From Ministeria vibrans ATCC 50519 (taxonomy: Eukaryota; Protista; Filasterea), in contig CALSCP010000774.1 of the NCBI GenBank assembly GCA_943704425.1, positions 105,208 to 169,207 on the forward strand: a DNA stretch of 64,000 nucleotides, in the 5' to 3' direction. The translations under genes were made by a program, and so were the position numbers. How positions within the stretch are numbered: the first letter of the stretch is position 1; every line of letters begins with the position of its first letter. Below are positions 34,509-46,679 of the stretch, piece by piece. Below the pieces are notes generated by a model. The model made no database searches. It was given only the letters and a program-made list of their open reading frames with translations, and was not told where the DNA came from.

Positions 34509-36575
34509 ATGAGCGCCGACAGTGTGTTGTTCAAGAAGAAGCGTGATGTTGTGCGTGAATCAACTTCAGGCGTGCCAGGAAGAGGCGGTTGGCGAAATTC
34601 ACAGGTGGGAGTTTGAATTATTTTTTTTGAAAAAATGCATTACACTCTGTCTGTGGTGTAGAACCCTCTGGAAAAAGCACGACAGCTGTTTCAACAGAAG
34701 GGAACGAGTGCACATAAGAAAGTGACGTCGTTTCAGGGAGCGCAGAGGACTCGCGACACGGCGGCGCTGTCGTTGTCCGACTTGGATGCGTCGACGAGTG
34801 ACAGCGACGACGAGTTCGCGCCAAGCACGGCATTCCTGCGACGTGTGCCCGCCAAACCTGCGCCGTCGGCTCGCGAGGTGTGGGACAAACAACTCAAGAG
34901 CAAGAGGCAGGCGGAGAAGTCAGTGGTACAGCCGGGAATTGACCTCGTATTGGACAGTGAGTGGCTCACAGCAAACACAGATGATCTACCAATGAAAGGA
35001 CACACTGCGCGAGAACCTCGAGCTCTTGGCATGTACGACGATGACGACGATGATGATAANNNNNNNCGACGACGATGATGATGATGATGATGACAGTGTA
35101 CACCATGGCGATATATATGAGGGGGAGGAGGACGACGATGAATTTGGACAGCCAATGCACCAATTTTTGAAGCAGCCGATCGCGATGGCACGACCGGGGA
35201 CAGCGGATTCTCTGATCAGTGAACGCGACACAATGTCACCGGTGTCGGCGTCACGGTATCAGCGGGCGCAGCTCCTCTCGGTACCCATTCGCAGTGTGTG
35301 TTCGGCTGGCAGTCGCGAAGAGATGACGGACGAGAGGCTCAGCGAATTCGACGGCGAAATTCCAAGTGAGAGTGAGTGGCAAGCTGATCATGAGTCGCCG
35401 CCAAAGGAGTTTGACGAGGAAGAATTTGAAGCGGAGGAGGTACAATTCACGACGTATCATGGGTCGGACGAGTCGGTGGCCAGTCAAACGCGTCGAAGCG
35501 ACGAAGTTGTCATGGACATTGCTGAAATCATGTCGGTAAGTGACGCAGAGGAAGTGTCGTACAATCACCAAGAGGACGTGGACGTCAGTGGAAGCGAAAG
35601 TGACGGCACTTCAAGCTCGTCGGTCACGACCACTCATAATTATGATGGGCAGTCTCGGTCGCAATCGACCATGAGTTCGTCGATGGTCTCTGAGCACTTG
35701 AGCATGCGCTCCGGCGGATCCTTTGGTGAAGACACTAGTGCAATCTCCGAGGCACTTGCAATTGACGACAGCCTGAGTGACACTCCTCGTGCCCTAACGC
35801 TGCGCGAAAGCACGTCCGCGTCGATTGCAAGCGAGTCAGACGAGTTGTACGCTGCCGACTCGTTTGTGTCGTCACGACCACCCACTCGCGAAGATTCTCT
35901 GGAGAGGTCGACGTCTCCAGACAAAGTACCGGTGCACCAAGATCAGGCAAGTCGGCCACATCACGTGCCTACATCGACAGCGTATACGTCAGCGCCGCCA
36001 CCACCCACGGTACCGGAGGGCGATGGCATGTGGCTTTACGTTGCACCCTCAAGCTCATCGACTACGTCTTCGGCTTATCATGCCCACCACGAGAGTGTCC
36101 GCGTTGCACCGCACTTTGTACGCGAAGACGAGCTTGACGGTACTTTTTTTTTTTTTCTAAACCAGCTGATCACTCATGCCCAACTCACTTTAAAATTGTA
36201 CTTGATTTTTTTATGTTTTTTTCAGCCGTCACGGAATACAATCCGAATGTAGTGCTACTCAACGATATGTTTCGTCGACAACTGGCACTGATTGAGCGAC
36301 ATCATCGTACCATTATGGAGCAAGCACACACGCCACAGAGCACCACAACGGCCGAGGATTATCCGGGCGAACGTCGTGACACGACAGATCTAGACTCAAA
36401 TTTCGAGCGTCATTCAACGTCAACAACGTCAACAACAGCAAGAAGATCAACAATGGCACACGGGCACTATGAGTACACCTCGTTTGAAGAGACACTACGT
36501 TATATTGAGCAACATCGGCCCAAGCCGCTTTCATTTGCAGAAGCTCAACTGCGCGTACAGATGGAATCAATGTAA
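34509..36575 (+). CDS. C19orf44: C19orf44-like (DUF4614) protein; long acidic/Ser-rich disordered region plus conserved C-terminus
   Basis: Exons ~34509-34604, 34662-36139 (N-gap 35060-35066) and 36226-36575. The C-terminus VAPHFVREDELDAVTEYNPNVVLLNDMFRRQL…HYEYTSFEETLRYIEQHRPKPLSFAEA parallels human C19orf44 as recalled ([30 protein letters not shown]…[26 protein letters not shown]). Confidence 0.75.
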
Positions 36576-36701
36576 ATTATTATTATTATTATTATTATTT
36601 TTTCTTATTAAAATATTATTAGAATTGAAATGGCCTCTTGCAGTTGTCGTCTCTCTCTCTCTCTCTCTCTTTAATCTATCTGGCTCTCTTGTGATCAAAG
36701 C

Positions 36702-37970
36702 TTAGTCAATCTCCCAACCATGTCGCAGAATGCAGCGGAGCATATCGGAGTAGCGGACGACGGCCTGGGGACGGCCGTTGGCATCGACGAGCCAGGCACG
36801 GTGGACACGCGCGACAAAGGTGCGTGTGAAGCACATCTCGAGGGAGACATCCTTGGTGACCGTGACCGGGTTGCGAATCTGACCGCCGTGTTGTTCCAAT
36901 AGAAATTTCTCCACGGGCTGGTTTAGTTTGGACATGGTGTCCCACGTGAGACCGCGCAAGTCGGACGCTGAGAGGGTCGCTGAGATGGCACCGCTGTCGT
37001 CAAGGAGCGCCACTGCATCACCGCCACTGGTGTACAACTTTCGGACTGCTTGCAAGGCTGTCGTGCCCTTGGTGACGGTGCAGACCGCCTGGCCATCCTC
37101 ATGAGGTTTGTCCAGACCCAAATCAGCGAGCGTGCGCTGTGACATGTCGCGCCACTGTGCAACGTGCTCGAGCAGGAAACGAACCAAATCGGTCTGAGTG
37201 AGCAATGCATGGCCAACGGCCGTGCTTTCGTGCAAAACAAACGCACCCTCCTGGCCCTCTTGACCTACTGTGGGCATTCGACGCACAAGCACACGCTGGA
37301 CGCCTCCAGACATGGGGTCAAGGACTTTCATGACCGACGTTGTCGGCTCGTACACCATCAGTCCATCGTGCCACCAACCGCACTTGCCCTCTGCAAACAA
37401 CAACAACAACAACAACAACAGAAGAAGAACACAATCAGTTATTATTATTATTAGTATCATTATTATTATTGCTACTAGTATTATTGTGTAAGATGATTTC
37501 CGGATGATTATACCTTGGGCGAGGCCAACCAAGTTAATGGCAGGGTAGTTCACACCTTTGCCCTTCAACTCCTCGGCAGTCAGGCTCGGATCTTGATCGT
37601 GCTTGAAGTATCCAAATGCAACGTAAAGCAATATGTCAAAGAGGTGGAGAATGCCACGAAACTCGCCGTTGCTTGAGTCGACGACGGGAACCGACAGAAA
37701 GTTGTGCGTCTTCAAAATATTGAGTGCCTCGTCGATTGTGGTCTTCTCATTGATAATGAGCGCGTCGCGGTGATACGCAACAAGACTGCCAATCATACGC
37801 TCGTTGAGAAACTTCTTGATAGGGGCTGCTGTGAGAGAGAGAGAGCGAGAGAGAGGCGAGAACCCAGTCAGAAAAAAAAACTCGCACTTACCGAAGTGCG
37901 AGTTTTTTGTTTTGTTTTGGATATTGCGAGAAGTATCCAAGAAGAGTAGTCTACCTGAGCGTTCTGTCAT
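36702..37970 (-). CDS. Four-CBS-domain protein (AMPK-gamma/KING1-PV42/Sds23-like)
   Basis: CBS motifs TTIDEALNILKTHNFLSVPVVD, GILHLFDIL, LLTQTDLVRFL, ATLSASDLRGL, VHRAWLVD and VVRYSDML. In-frame introns near 37393-37513 and 37828-37890. Exact 5' end uncertain. Confidence 0.82.
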   Translation of the reverse strand: MTERSGRLLFLDTSRNIQNKTKNSHFGKCEFFFLTGFSPLSRSLSLTAAPIKKFLNERMIGSLVAYHRDALIINEKTTIDEALNILKTHNFLSVPVVDSSNGEFRGILHLFDILLYVAFGYFKHDQDPSLTAEELKGKGVNYPAINLVGLAQGIIIRKSSYTIILVAIIIMILIIIITDCVLLLLLLLLLLFAEGKCGWWHDGLMVYEPTTSVMKVLDPMSGGVQRVLVRRMPTVGQEGQEGAFVLHESTAVGHALLTQTDLVRFLLEHVAQWRDMSQRTLADLGLDKPHEDGQAVCTVTKGTTALQAVRKLYTSGGDAVALLDDSGAISATLSASDLRGLTWDTMSKLNQPVEKFLLEQHGGQIRNPVTVTKDVSLEMCFTRTFVARVHRAWLVDANGRPQAVVRYSDMLRCILRHGWEID

Positions 37971-38322
37971 ATCTGCAATTCTGTAGTCTGTAGTTAGTAA
38001 TGTGTACTCACTATGCCTTCTGTGGTTTGTCGTGTGAAATATATTGAAGAGAGAAATAAAAGTATTATTTATTATCAATCACAATTATTATTAGTACTAT
38101 TAGCTTTCTATCTTTTTTTCATACAATGGCATTGCAAAAGGTAAATCAAATACACGGTCACTGTCAAAAGTCAATTGCTTTGGGGAACGCGACGTAGATC
38201 AAACTCACTAACTCAGGAAAGCATTAGATTGGCAACTGCACGTTGTGCGTACGTTGTGTATTGGAGTACAAGCAAAATAAAAATAAAATATAAAAGAAGT
38301 AACAGAACAAACAGAGGGTTAA

Positions 38323-38921
38323 TTACTTGTACAAACGATTATTGGGTGTGAGGGAACCATAAGATTCGGAGGAAGATGCAACAACATTGTATCGCTGGTC
38401 GTGCTGGCGACGTAGCTCACGTGTGGCCGCCTGGAAGAAAAGAGATAGGGTGAGTGAGCGAGGGAGTGAAGAGCGAGTGGACAGAGACGTGAGTAAGTGT
38501 CGAGAGTAAGTGAGTGCGTTAGCGTGTGTATGCCTCACTATCTATGTGAGTGTATGGGAATGCAGAATGAATGTGTGCACTTACGACTGCGACGGAGGGA
38601 TCGTTGAAGCCGCTTGTGCGGTAGACACTGGTCTGACCAACGGAGGTAGATCCAACTGTGCCGGGCGAGGCACTGTACTCGTCGTCTGACTCGTAGCGGT
38701 TGGGGTTGTTGAAGAAGGAGGCGGGATGTTCACGGCCGTGCGAAAGGGACTGAGAGTAACCGCCAAGGATATCACTGGTGCTAAGAAGACTGCTGGGCAT
38801 CATGCGAGTGCTGCCAGGCGTAGACGATGCCATTGCCGAGTGCTGTCCCTGAATCGACGATGCTCGGTGGTGCACGTGAGAGCTTGTCTCTTCGTCTGCC
38901 AGCGTGTCTGCCTAAACAACA

Positions 38922-39017
<96 letters not shown>

Positions 39018-39034
39018 GGAAGAAAGAAACAAAG

Positions 39035-39090
<56 letters not shown>

Positions 39091-40883
39091 AGTGAGAGAG
39101 AGAGATAAAAGAATTGATTGAATGTGCGATGCGGAATAATCAATGAGTTCTGCTTTGAGTGTGATTTTGTGTCGCGTACTCGTGTGTCTGCGTTGTTTGA
39201 TGCGTTGGTGAGCATTCCCAGATTCGTTCGGGGAATCCGTCGAAACAGAAACATAATTCCCACAATCGGAAATATCTCCCAAATAATCAGCGTCGAAAAG
39301 GTCGTCGGGCTCGTCACATGATTTTGCTAAACACAGAACAAAGAACACATAGCGTATTAATTAGAGCAGAAATATACAGATGTGNNNNATCATAATAATA
39401 GACAAAATGATAAATAAAGTGAGAGAGGCGACAATATATATAGAACGTACAATTCCAAACACATCTTGTGCTGAGTGGAGCGAGGCAGTCTCGACAAAGT
39501 CATTGATGGCACGCGATGCAAACGCAAGGATAATCACCAGACACACCACTTTGATTTGCAAGACGGTGACGTTGCTCGGAAGGTACAGTTGTAACTGAAA
39601 AAAAAGTGAAGTATTATTATATTTATTATTATTATCGTTGTTGTTGTACCTTTTTGGGGGACCGAGACAGTACACGAACGACATGGTAAGAGTAGACCGC
39701 AAATATAAAGGTGAGAGTGAGAAAGATGGTTCCAGCAAAAACAATACGAAGCAGTTTCAGAGTGTATGTGACGGGCCACATATCCCTAGAAGAAGACGCA
39801 CAAGGAATCAGTCAAATGGCCCTCTTTTTCTCTTGGGTACCCGACGAAGGAAAGCCAGATAATGGTGAGGATAAGAAGGACAAGGTTGAGGCTAATCCAG
39901 GCGATGACCACGTTGCGTTTGTAGCGTGTTGCGGTCGTTTCCTCTTGACGCACTAGTAATGCTGTGCGTTCGAGTTTTCGGCTGCGCACTACATTAATAT
40001 TTTAAGGAAGCCGGTCATTTAGCACACCGAAAAGGTTCTCTATAATATACATACACACACGTTTCTCTCTGCTTCACTTTCTTTCTCTCTCTCTCTATCA
40101 ATATACATACACACACGTTTCTCTCTGCTTACTCTCTCTATTACTCTCTCTCTCCCTCTCCCCTCTCCCCTCTCTCTTACTCTCTCTCCCTCCTCTTACT
40201 CTATTACTCACTCTCGTTCTCTTCCCTCTCTCCGCCCCCTCTCTGTCTTTCTTTTCACCTGAGTGTACGATTCTCGCCCAGAAGACAGTGAGGAGAGAAA
40301 AGGTACTGAATTCAAAGTTCATGGGAAACCAGTAGAGAATGCGCTGCAGCGCAATGGGCCACGCAGAGCCGGTGATCTTGGAGAAGAACATGCTCCGCAT
40401 AAACGTCCACATAAACACCTGTACTAAGAAGGCACACTGCACACAAACACACACAAAAGAGAGAGTGTGAGTTGTCCGAATTTTTTTTTTCGTTTTTTTT
40501 GTACCTGATAGGACACAAACTTATGTCTGTAGTAGACTATACGGCCGATTTGAACAGCACATACGGCTGTCACAAGGCCATAGAGCACCGCCAGGACAAT
40601 GGTAAGTATTTGGTCGGTGTCCCACTGCGAAAAGAAGAAATAGGAAGGCATGAACGAGCCATTTCAACTTGATACGCGCCCTCCCCGGCGCCCATTCACC
40701 ACCCATTCCATTGAATGATCAACAATGAGCATTCTCAAGGGAAGAGGAAGACGAATTCAAGGACAACCAGAGCGCTGTGGGTCGAAAAAGAGGCGGACAC
40801 AAATCACGTACCACCAAAGGCGGCTCGATTGGCGTCGGCCACGGTAGTGGGCTTGGCTCCGGCACTGCTGTAGTAGAAGCCAT
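38323..40883 (-). CDS. GPR137: GPR137/TM7SF1-family lysosomal 7-TM protein
   Basis: Multi-exon gene with motifs VQIGRIVYYRHKFVSYQ, LYWFPMNFEFSTFSLL, AFASRAI, LIIWEIFPI and SFFNNPNRYESDDE. These match GPR137B as recalled (YRHKRLSYQ, LYCFPVCLQFFTL, FVWELLP, FFDNPRRYDSDDD). The start is inferred. Confidence 0.85.
38925..39105 (+). repeat. (GA)n microsatellite with GAAAGAAACAAAGTGATAG motif
   Basis: Intron of GPR137; motif at 39026 and a variant at 39084. Confidence 0.9.
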
Positions 40884-41183
40884 CGTACCGTTCGAGCCTC
40901 TGCCGAGAGCGCCAGTCCAGAAGTACGAAAGTGACTGAGAGTCAGAGTCTCAGAGACCAGTCAGATTTCATAACGTAACTCATGAGAATCGAACTTGGAA
41001 GAATCTTCTGTGACACTTCGGCATAACACACTGTCTTACAACGACGGAGTAGGGCCACTAGAGTTTACTCAGTCTAGAGCGGGACTAGAGCAGTCTAGAC
41101 CTACGCTACAAGTCGGTTAGAGTCTTCTAATTATCTTTGTCACTTCTCACTTGCCCTGTTGCTCATTGACAATTTTTTTTTGA

Positions 41184-43058
41184 ATGCTCGAAGAGAGCGA
41201 TCCTCAAAAGAGGTTGGGCAATCCAACACCGGTTGACCCGCCTTGTGGTGTTCCTCCTAAGAGCGAAGCGCCGGTAGAGTCGGCGCTTCTGGAGCAGGGT
41301 GTCCGATTGAAAAAACGTTGGATCGTGGGTGACAGAATTGGCAATGGCGCCTTTGGCCAGGTCTACGTTGCGACCGACGGAAACTGTCGAGTGGCCGTCA
41401 AGGCTGAGCCGTGCGCCGCCGACAAACAAGTGCGGGGGGTTTAAAAAAAACCATCGACATGACACAAATTGATGGACTGTTCTAATTGCCGCTCGTCACA
41501 CACACACACTCTCTCTCTCTCTTCATCTCTCTCTTTCTCTCTCGATCTCGATCTCCTACAGGTGTTGAAAATGGAAGTGGCAGTTCTCAAGGCACTGAAT
41601 GCTGGGAACAAGACGCAAGGAATCTGTACGTTTCACGGGTGCGGGCGACACGGCGGCTGCAACTACATTCTGATGCAACTGTGCGGCGAGAACCTCTCGC
41701 AAGTACGTCGCTCGACTCCCGCAAACTCCTTTCCACCCTCCGTAGCCGCCAAAATTGCCATTCAAATGCTCAGAACAATACGGTGTGTCCACGATGCAGG
41801 TACGGTCACAATGGAATACAATATTTTGGGGTGTCCATTTTATCCTTACACTCCTGTAGGGTTTCTGCATCGAGACGTAAAGCCAAGCAACTTTGCGCGC
41901 GCCGATAACGTCTCGGGCGAAATCTACATTCTTGACTTTGGCCTTTCGCGTCGCCACATTTCCGAAGAGTCCTCTGTCCCTGGTGTGGCGTCGCCCAGCG
42001 GTCCGTCTGACAGCGGACTTGAAAGCGAACAGCAAAAGCCGCTGGTGCGCACAGCACGCGCCTCCTGCGGCTTTCGCGGCACGGCACGCTACGCTTCGTT
42101 GAATGCCCATGCAAACCTTGACCTGGGACGACGAGACGATCTCTGGTCGCTCTTCTATTGCACCATCGAGGCCATTGCGGGTCAATTGCCTTGGAGACGT
42201 CTCAAGGACAAGGTCGAAGTGGCCAAGGCAAAACAGGCAACCACAATGGAGGATCTTCTTGAGGGTCTTCCTTCACAACTCGATGCGTTTGCTGCGCACC
42301 TCGAGGAGCTTGCCTACGAGGACATGCCCGATTACGACTTGCTAGAGCAACTCCTTGTCGACATTGTAACTGACCATGGCTCCGTTGCCGATTTGGCCCA
42401 TCTCAGGCGCAACAACGGCCACATCGACAATCAACTCTTGCACAGCTGGCCCGCCGAGCTAATCCTGGGTGCACGACACTCACAGCAGCTTATACAATCA
42501 AAAACACGTACACTTGTGCCTCGCACCGCATCGCGAGATGATAACTCACCACCAAAGAAAACGCGCACGCCACCCACGTCAATCCTGTCACGTCCCAACC
42601 CGCTGCGAGTCAACACCACATTCACACGCACTCCACCTCGCAGTGCCCAAGGATCGCCCTCAGTGTCACCCCGTGCTGCCATTACAGCAGCAGCAGCCGC
42701 GACAAGTGGCACCGATCTTGACCGTGCTCCTGCTCGCTCGCAGCACGATCAGCTGCCTTCGTCACGTCGTGTCTCCATCGATGAAAACCCCATTTTCTCC
42801 TCCGAATCTGCCGCTCTCCAGCCCCAACAACAACAACAACACCCCAAGAACCGTTCAACTCGGCTGCACCACACCATGCCCAGCGTCGAGAACCTCCAAG
42901 CACTTCAACTGTCAGACCTCTCCGAAGTTCTCCCGGACCCTTCGCCTCATTCCATTCAGCCTCATCCCCCGGCTGCCGCCACTCCGGCCTACCACTCACG
43001 CATTACAACTTCACTCCGTCGCAGACGCTTCTACTCTCCATCTCCCGTCATGGAGTAA
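41184..43058 (+). CDS. TTBK: Tau-tubulin kinase (CK1 group)
   Basis: Exons 41184-41430, 41562-41799, 41860-43058. Kinase motifs IGNGAFGQVY, VAVKAE, the TTBK-typical QVLKMEVAVLK, HRDVKPSNF, DFGLSRR, GFRGTARYAS, GRRDDLWSLFY and GQLPWRRLKDK, followed by a disordered S/P-rich tail. Confidence 0.9.
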
Positions 43059-43171
43059 GAGAGAGAGAGATAGAGAGAGAAGAAGAAGAAGAAAAAGAAG
43101 AGGTAAAAAAAAAAGTACTGTACATAAACATCATGACAAATATAAAAAAAATAATCTCAATCAGGCTTTGC

Positions 43172-43425
43172 TTAGCTGTCGACCCCCTTCTTTCCTTCTT
43201 CCTCATCCGCCTCCTCGTCTTCCTCTTCAGCTGCACGTACCACAAGGATCTGGTCGCGCACCACAGCCGAGCACCGCTGCGCCTCAGGCACCAAAAAACG
43301 TAGTGAGTGCTTCATTTCGCTGTCCCGATCGTCTCGGAACATAAACGTTAGTAGATTCGCATGTCGCTTCTTTTGCGTAATCTACACACGAGAGAGAAAA
43401 AAAAAGAATAAGGGGGAGGGCATTA

Positions 43426-43466
<41 letters not shown>

Positions 43467-45492
43467 ACATGACTATAACGCACCTTGGTGCAGAGACTGA
43501 GTGGTCGTGTCTTCACGATAAACGCATGGCCGATGCGATCTGCACGACCCCGCAATACCACCAGATCTTCATGCCCCACCGCAATATACCTACAGCAACG
43601 ATACCCATTGAAGAAAACCCCCCAGACTATCCCTTTGGATTTTGATACGTTGGTAGCATTTGGCCGTCGCTGAAGACCTCGTTGCACGAGAAAATGTGCT
43701 CTGTGCTTGTGCGTTCCATCCACTCGTCGACATCGACACTCTCGCACGCACTCAAATCTTCATCGCGTGCAGCAAACATGGTAGTAGCTGTAGTAGTAGT
43801 AGTAGATGTGCTAGTGGTAGTGGTCGGGGTGGCAGAAGACAATGTGCCTGCGGCCGACGCGTGCGGCTCGTCGTCTTCGTCAATACTAAAGGATGGCACC
43901 GCTGAGGCTCGTACGTCAGTCTGGAAGAGTTGTTTCTGTGGCAACTGACTTGCCGCACCACCTGCGCTACCCAGCTTAGCCCCCTTGGATGTATCCAAGC
44001 CCACCCCAATGTCATTTAGCTCCGGCTCGTTCTTGACCATCTTGACAAAGTCGTCTTTCACCTTTGACGATTTCTCCTTGAGATAATCAGACCAGGCTTT
44101 CCACGACAATGACGAATACGCCCCAGATGGCTCATCCGATGACGACCCTGCTGCTGCGACTCCTGTTCTTGTTGCCCCCGTTGTTGCTGTTGTTGTTGCA
44201 GCTGCTGCTGCTCCACTTGGCGCTGTTCCTTTTACCACGCCCGGGGCGTGGGCACACAGTCGTGACAGGGCAGCATAACCACCGTCAAGGAGACTCACAT
44301 ACTTGCGTCCACGTTGCAAAAAACGTGCTACCACCATGTGCACCCGCGCATCCTCCTCTTCCCCATCCACACCACTAGCACTCCCAGTCCCCATGAAACA
44401 CAAATGTCGCTTGCCCGACGGATCAACAGCGGCTGCCGCGGCCGTGTAAGCCTCTGGGTCGTCCATCATGAGTGACGCATCCAGATGGTGTGCATAAGGT
44501 CCTGCATGACCTGCGCTCGCCCGACTGGCCGCCGATCGACAGTCCACAATAAGATATTCATAAATAAGTGGCGATGCAGAGGGTGCAGATGCATCGTCGA
44601 TGCGAGTCGTCGCATGCACCACAGTCCACACTTCCTTTGCCGACACAGAGACACACAGCGGAATAGGCAGGGCCGTTTCCCGCACTGCAAAACACATCAA
44701 ACAAAAAGAAAAGGGAAAAAAAAAGGTCGTATTAACTATGTGATATATCTACTATAATTATCGTGCAGTACCTGAGAAGAGCGGAGCATAGACACGTTTG
44801 CAAAAAGAAGGGGGCGTCTGTGCGCCGTAGTGACGGGCAACAGCACAGAAATCGGCAATGTCCTCGACATTGAGCTGCGACGGAATGCCCGGCAGCAGTT
44901 CGAGAAGATCGTGAGCGGAGGTGGCGGAGAGGACTGCGTCGCGAAAATTGACCACAATCACGAGAGAGAGGAAGAAGATAAGAAAGGGATCGGCGTCGAC
45001 AAAGTAGGCGTCCCAGACAGCGCGAATCACGGGAGTCGAACAGCGCTCGGCAAAGAGTGTGCGCAGCCAGGGTGCGCTGAACGACTCGGGCGCAAGTTTG
45101 AGCGAATCGAGGTGCACACACACGGCCGGGTCGTGGTACATGAAGAGCAGACGCAGAACGGCAAAGGGAAGCGCACCAGCCTCACTGCAATGACGCGGCA
45201 CATAGTTGCTCAGAATGGCATAGAGGCAGTTGTAGACGGTGCCATCGCCGAGGCCAAGCCCCACCAGGGGTCGCACGAGAGCGGGCCAGCCTCGCTCGCG
45301 CGTAAAGTGCAGCGTGCGTGCCTTGCAATAGTACGTAATGACGCGCTCCATACTCGACGCAAGTTCTTCGTCGCCATCCGCCACACGCACACATTCCGCA
45401 TGCAGCACGTCCTGCTCGGCAAGATCAAGCGCATGTGCATCGGCATCGCCCGCACTCAGCAAGTCTGGCTTGCGATCAACGCCGAGAACGTG
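43172..45492 (-). CDS. TBC1D23: TBC1 domain family member 23 (TBC + rhodanese-like + C-terminal PH-like domain)
   Basis: Motifs ERVITYYCK, YNCLYAILSNYVPR, LRLLFMYHDP, VWDAYFVDADPFLIFFL, rhodanese IVDCR…HLCFMGTG…VVARFLQRGRKYVSLLDGGY and ITQKKRHANLLTF. Stop TAA at 43172-43174. A further 5' exon probably lies at ~45595-45700 (start not resolved). Confidence 0.9.
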
Positions 45493-46679
45493 CTACAAAC
45501 CCAAACCGACTTTGTTTTCAAAAAAAAAAAAAAAAAAAAAAAAAGACAAAGAGAGAAGAAGAGAAGAAGAAGTAGAAATGGAAGCGCTTCTCACTTGATG
45601 CCGGCGGTACGCCAGTTTGCTCCCTTGGGCATATTGATAGAGTATTGGAAAAGAGTGATTAGAATTTAGATTAGAACTGGTTGAATCACAAACGAAAAGC
45701 GACGACACAAACAGCTCAGAACCACTTTGTAAGCTACAGAAGCATCAAGAGGGAAAAGAGACAGGTTGGCTGGAGGCCTGACAAGTGACGCGATGGGGCT
45801 TTTTCTGAGAGAGACAAGTCAGTGACTATTCAGTGCAGACACCTTCACTCTTCCGTCTCTCCGACAGATCCCAACTCAGCCTCCCCCGAGCCACGTACTC
45901 GGCGATGGCTTTCGCTTCTCGAATCTCAGTGGCTGCTGCCCGTCTACGCACTTCGGATGAGCCGCTAGAGCGCAGACTGCAGAGGTAGCTCGTAGGCCGT
46001 AGCTTTACATGCGCTTTACATCACAAGACACGGAAAGATACCCTTAAAAACCCCCCTACGGTCACGACGCACTCGCTCGCGACCCGTCTCTGCCTCACTG
46101 GGCGACCGTAAACAGTTGTGTCCTCATTATCCATCGATATTAATCAATGCTCGTAAATCCTAGTGCGAACTCTTAGCGTATAGTTTCTCGCACAGAAAAT
46201 TCATCGGTGGGAGAAACGTGCTCAACAAGTTACCCCCCAACGTTGCAAAAAAAGAAAAAAACGCGGAACAAATCCTACAGCGAATGCCTCTGTTCTTGCC
46301 TCAACCAAACACCCCTCTCATCAGCTATGCATCTGAACGGTTGCCGATGCGATTCATGTTCTCCTTCCTTGCTCCTGCGACATCCGCGTCTCATCCCAAA
46401 AAGAAACAGGCAGAAATATGAAATATCCTCACCGTCTACGCGCGCGCGCGCGCTGCGTTCTCAACCCGTTGTGGACTTCCACCATGGCACTGCACCCCCG
46501 GCCGCAAGGGCGCGCACCCAGTATTTCATTTCGTGTGGCTGAGCGTTAGAAACAGCTCGAAACGAGTCCATGAGAAAAAAAAAAAAATCTCTCTGCGCGC
46601 GTCAGAGATAACCAACGAAAAAACGGACTACAGTTTTTAAGTCGTTATCACAACCAGGGAGCGCGACTCAGCAAGCCGA

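Noticed and set aside
35026-35100. Split of the C19orf44-like gene into two ORFs
   Set aside because: The break is at a short N-gap within a GAT/GAC (poly-Asp) repeat.
41158-41173. RFX X-box upstream of TTBK (GTTGCTCATTGACAAT)
   Set aside because: Only the first half-site fits the consensus; spacing and second half deviate.
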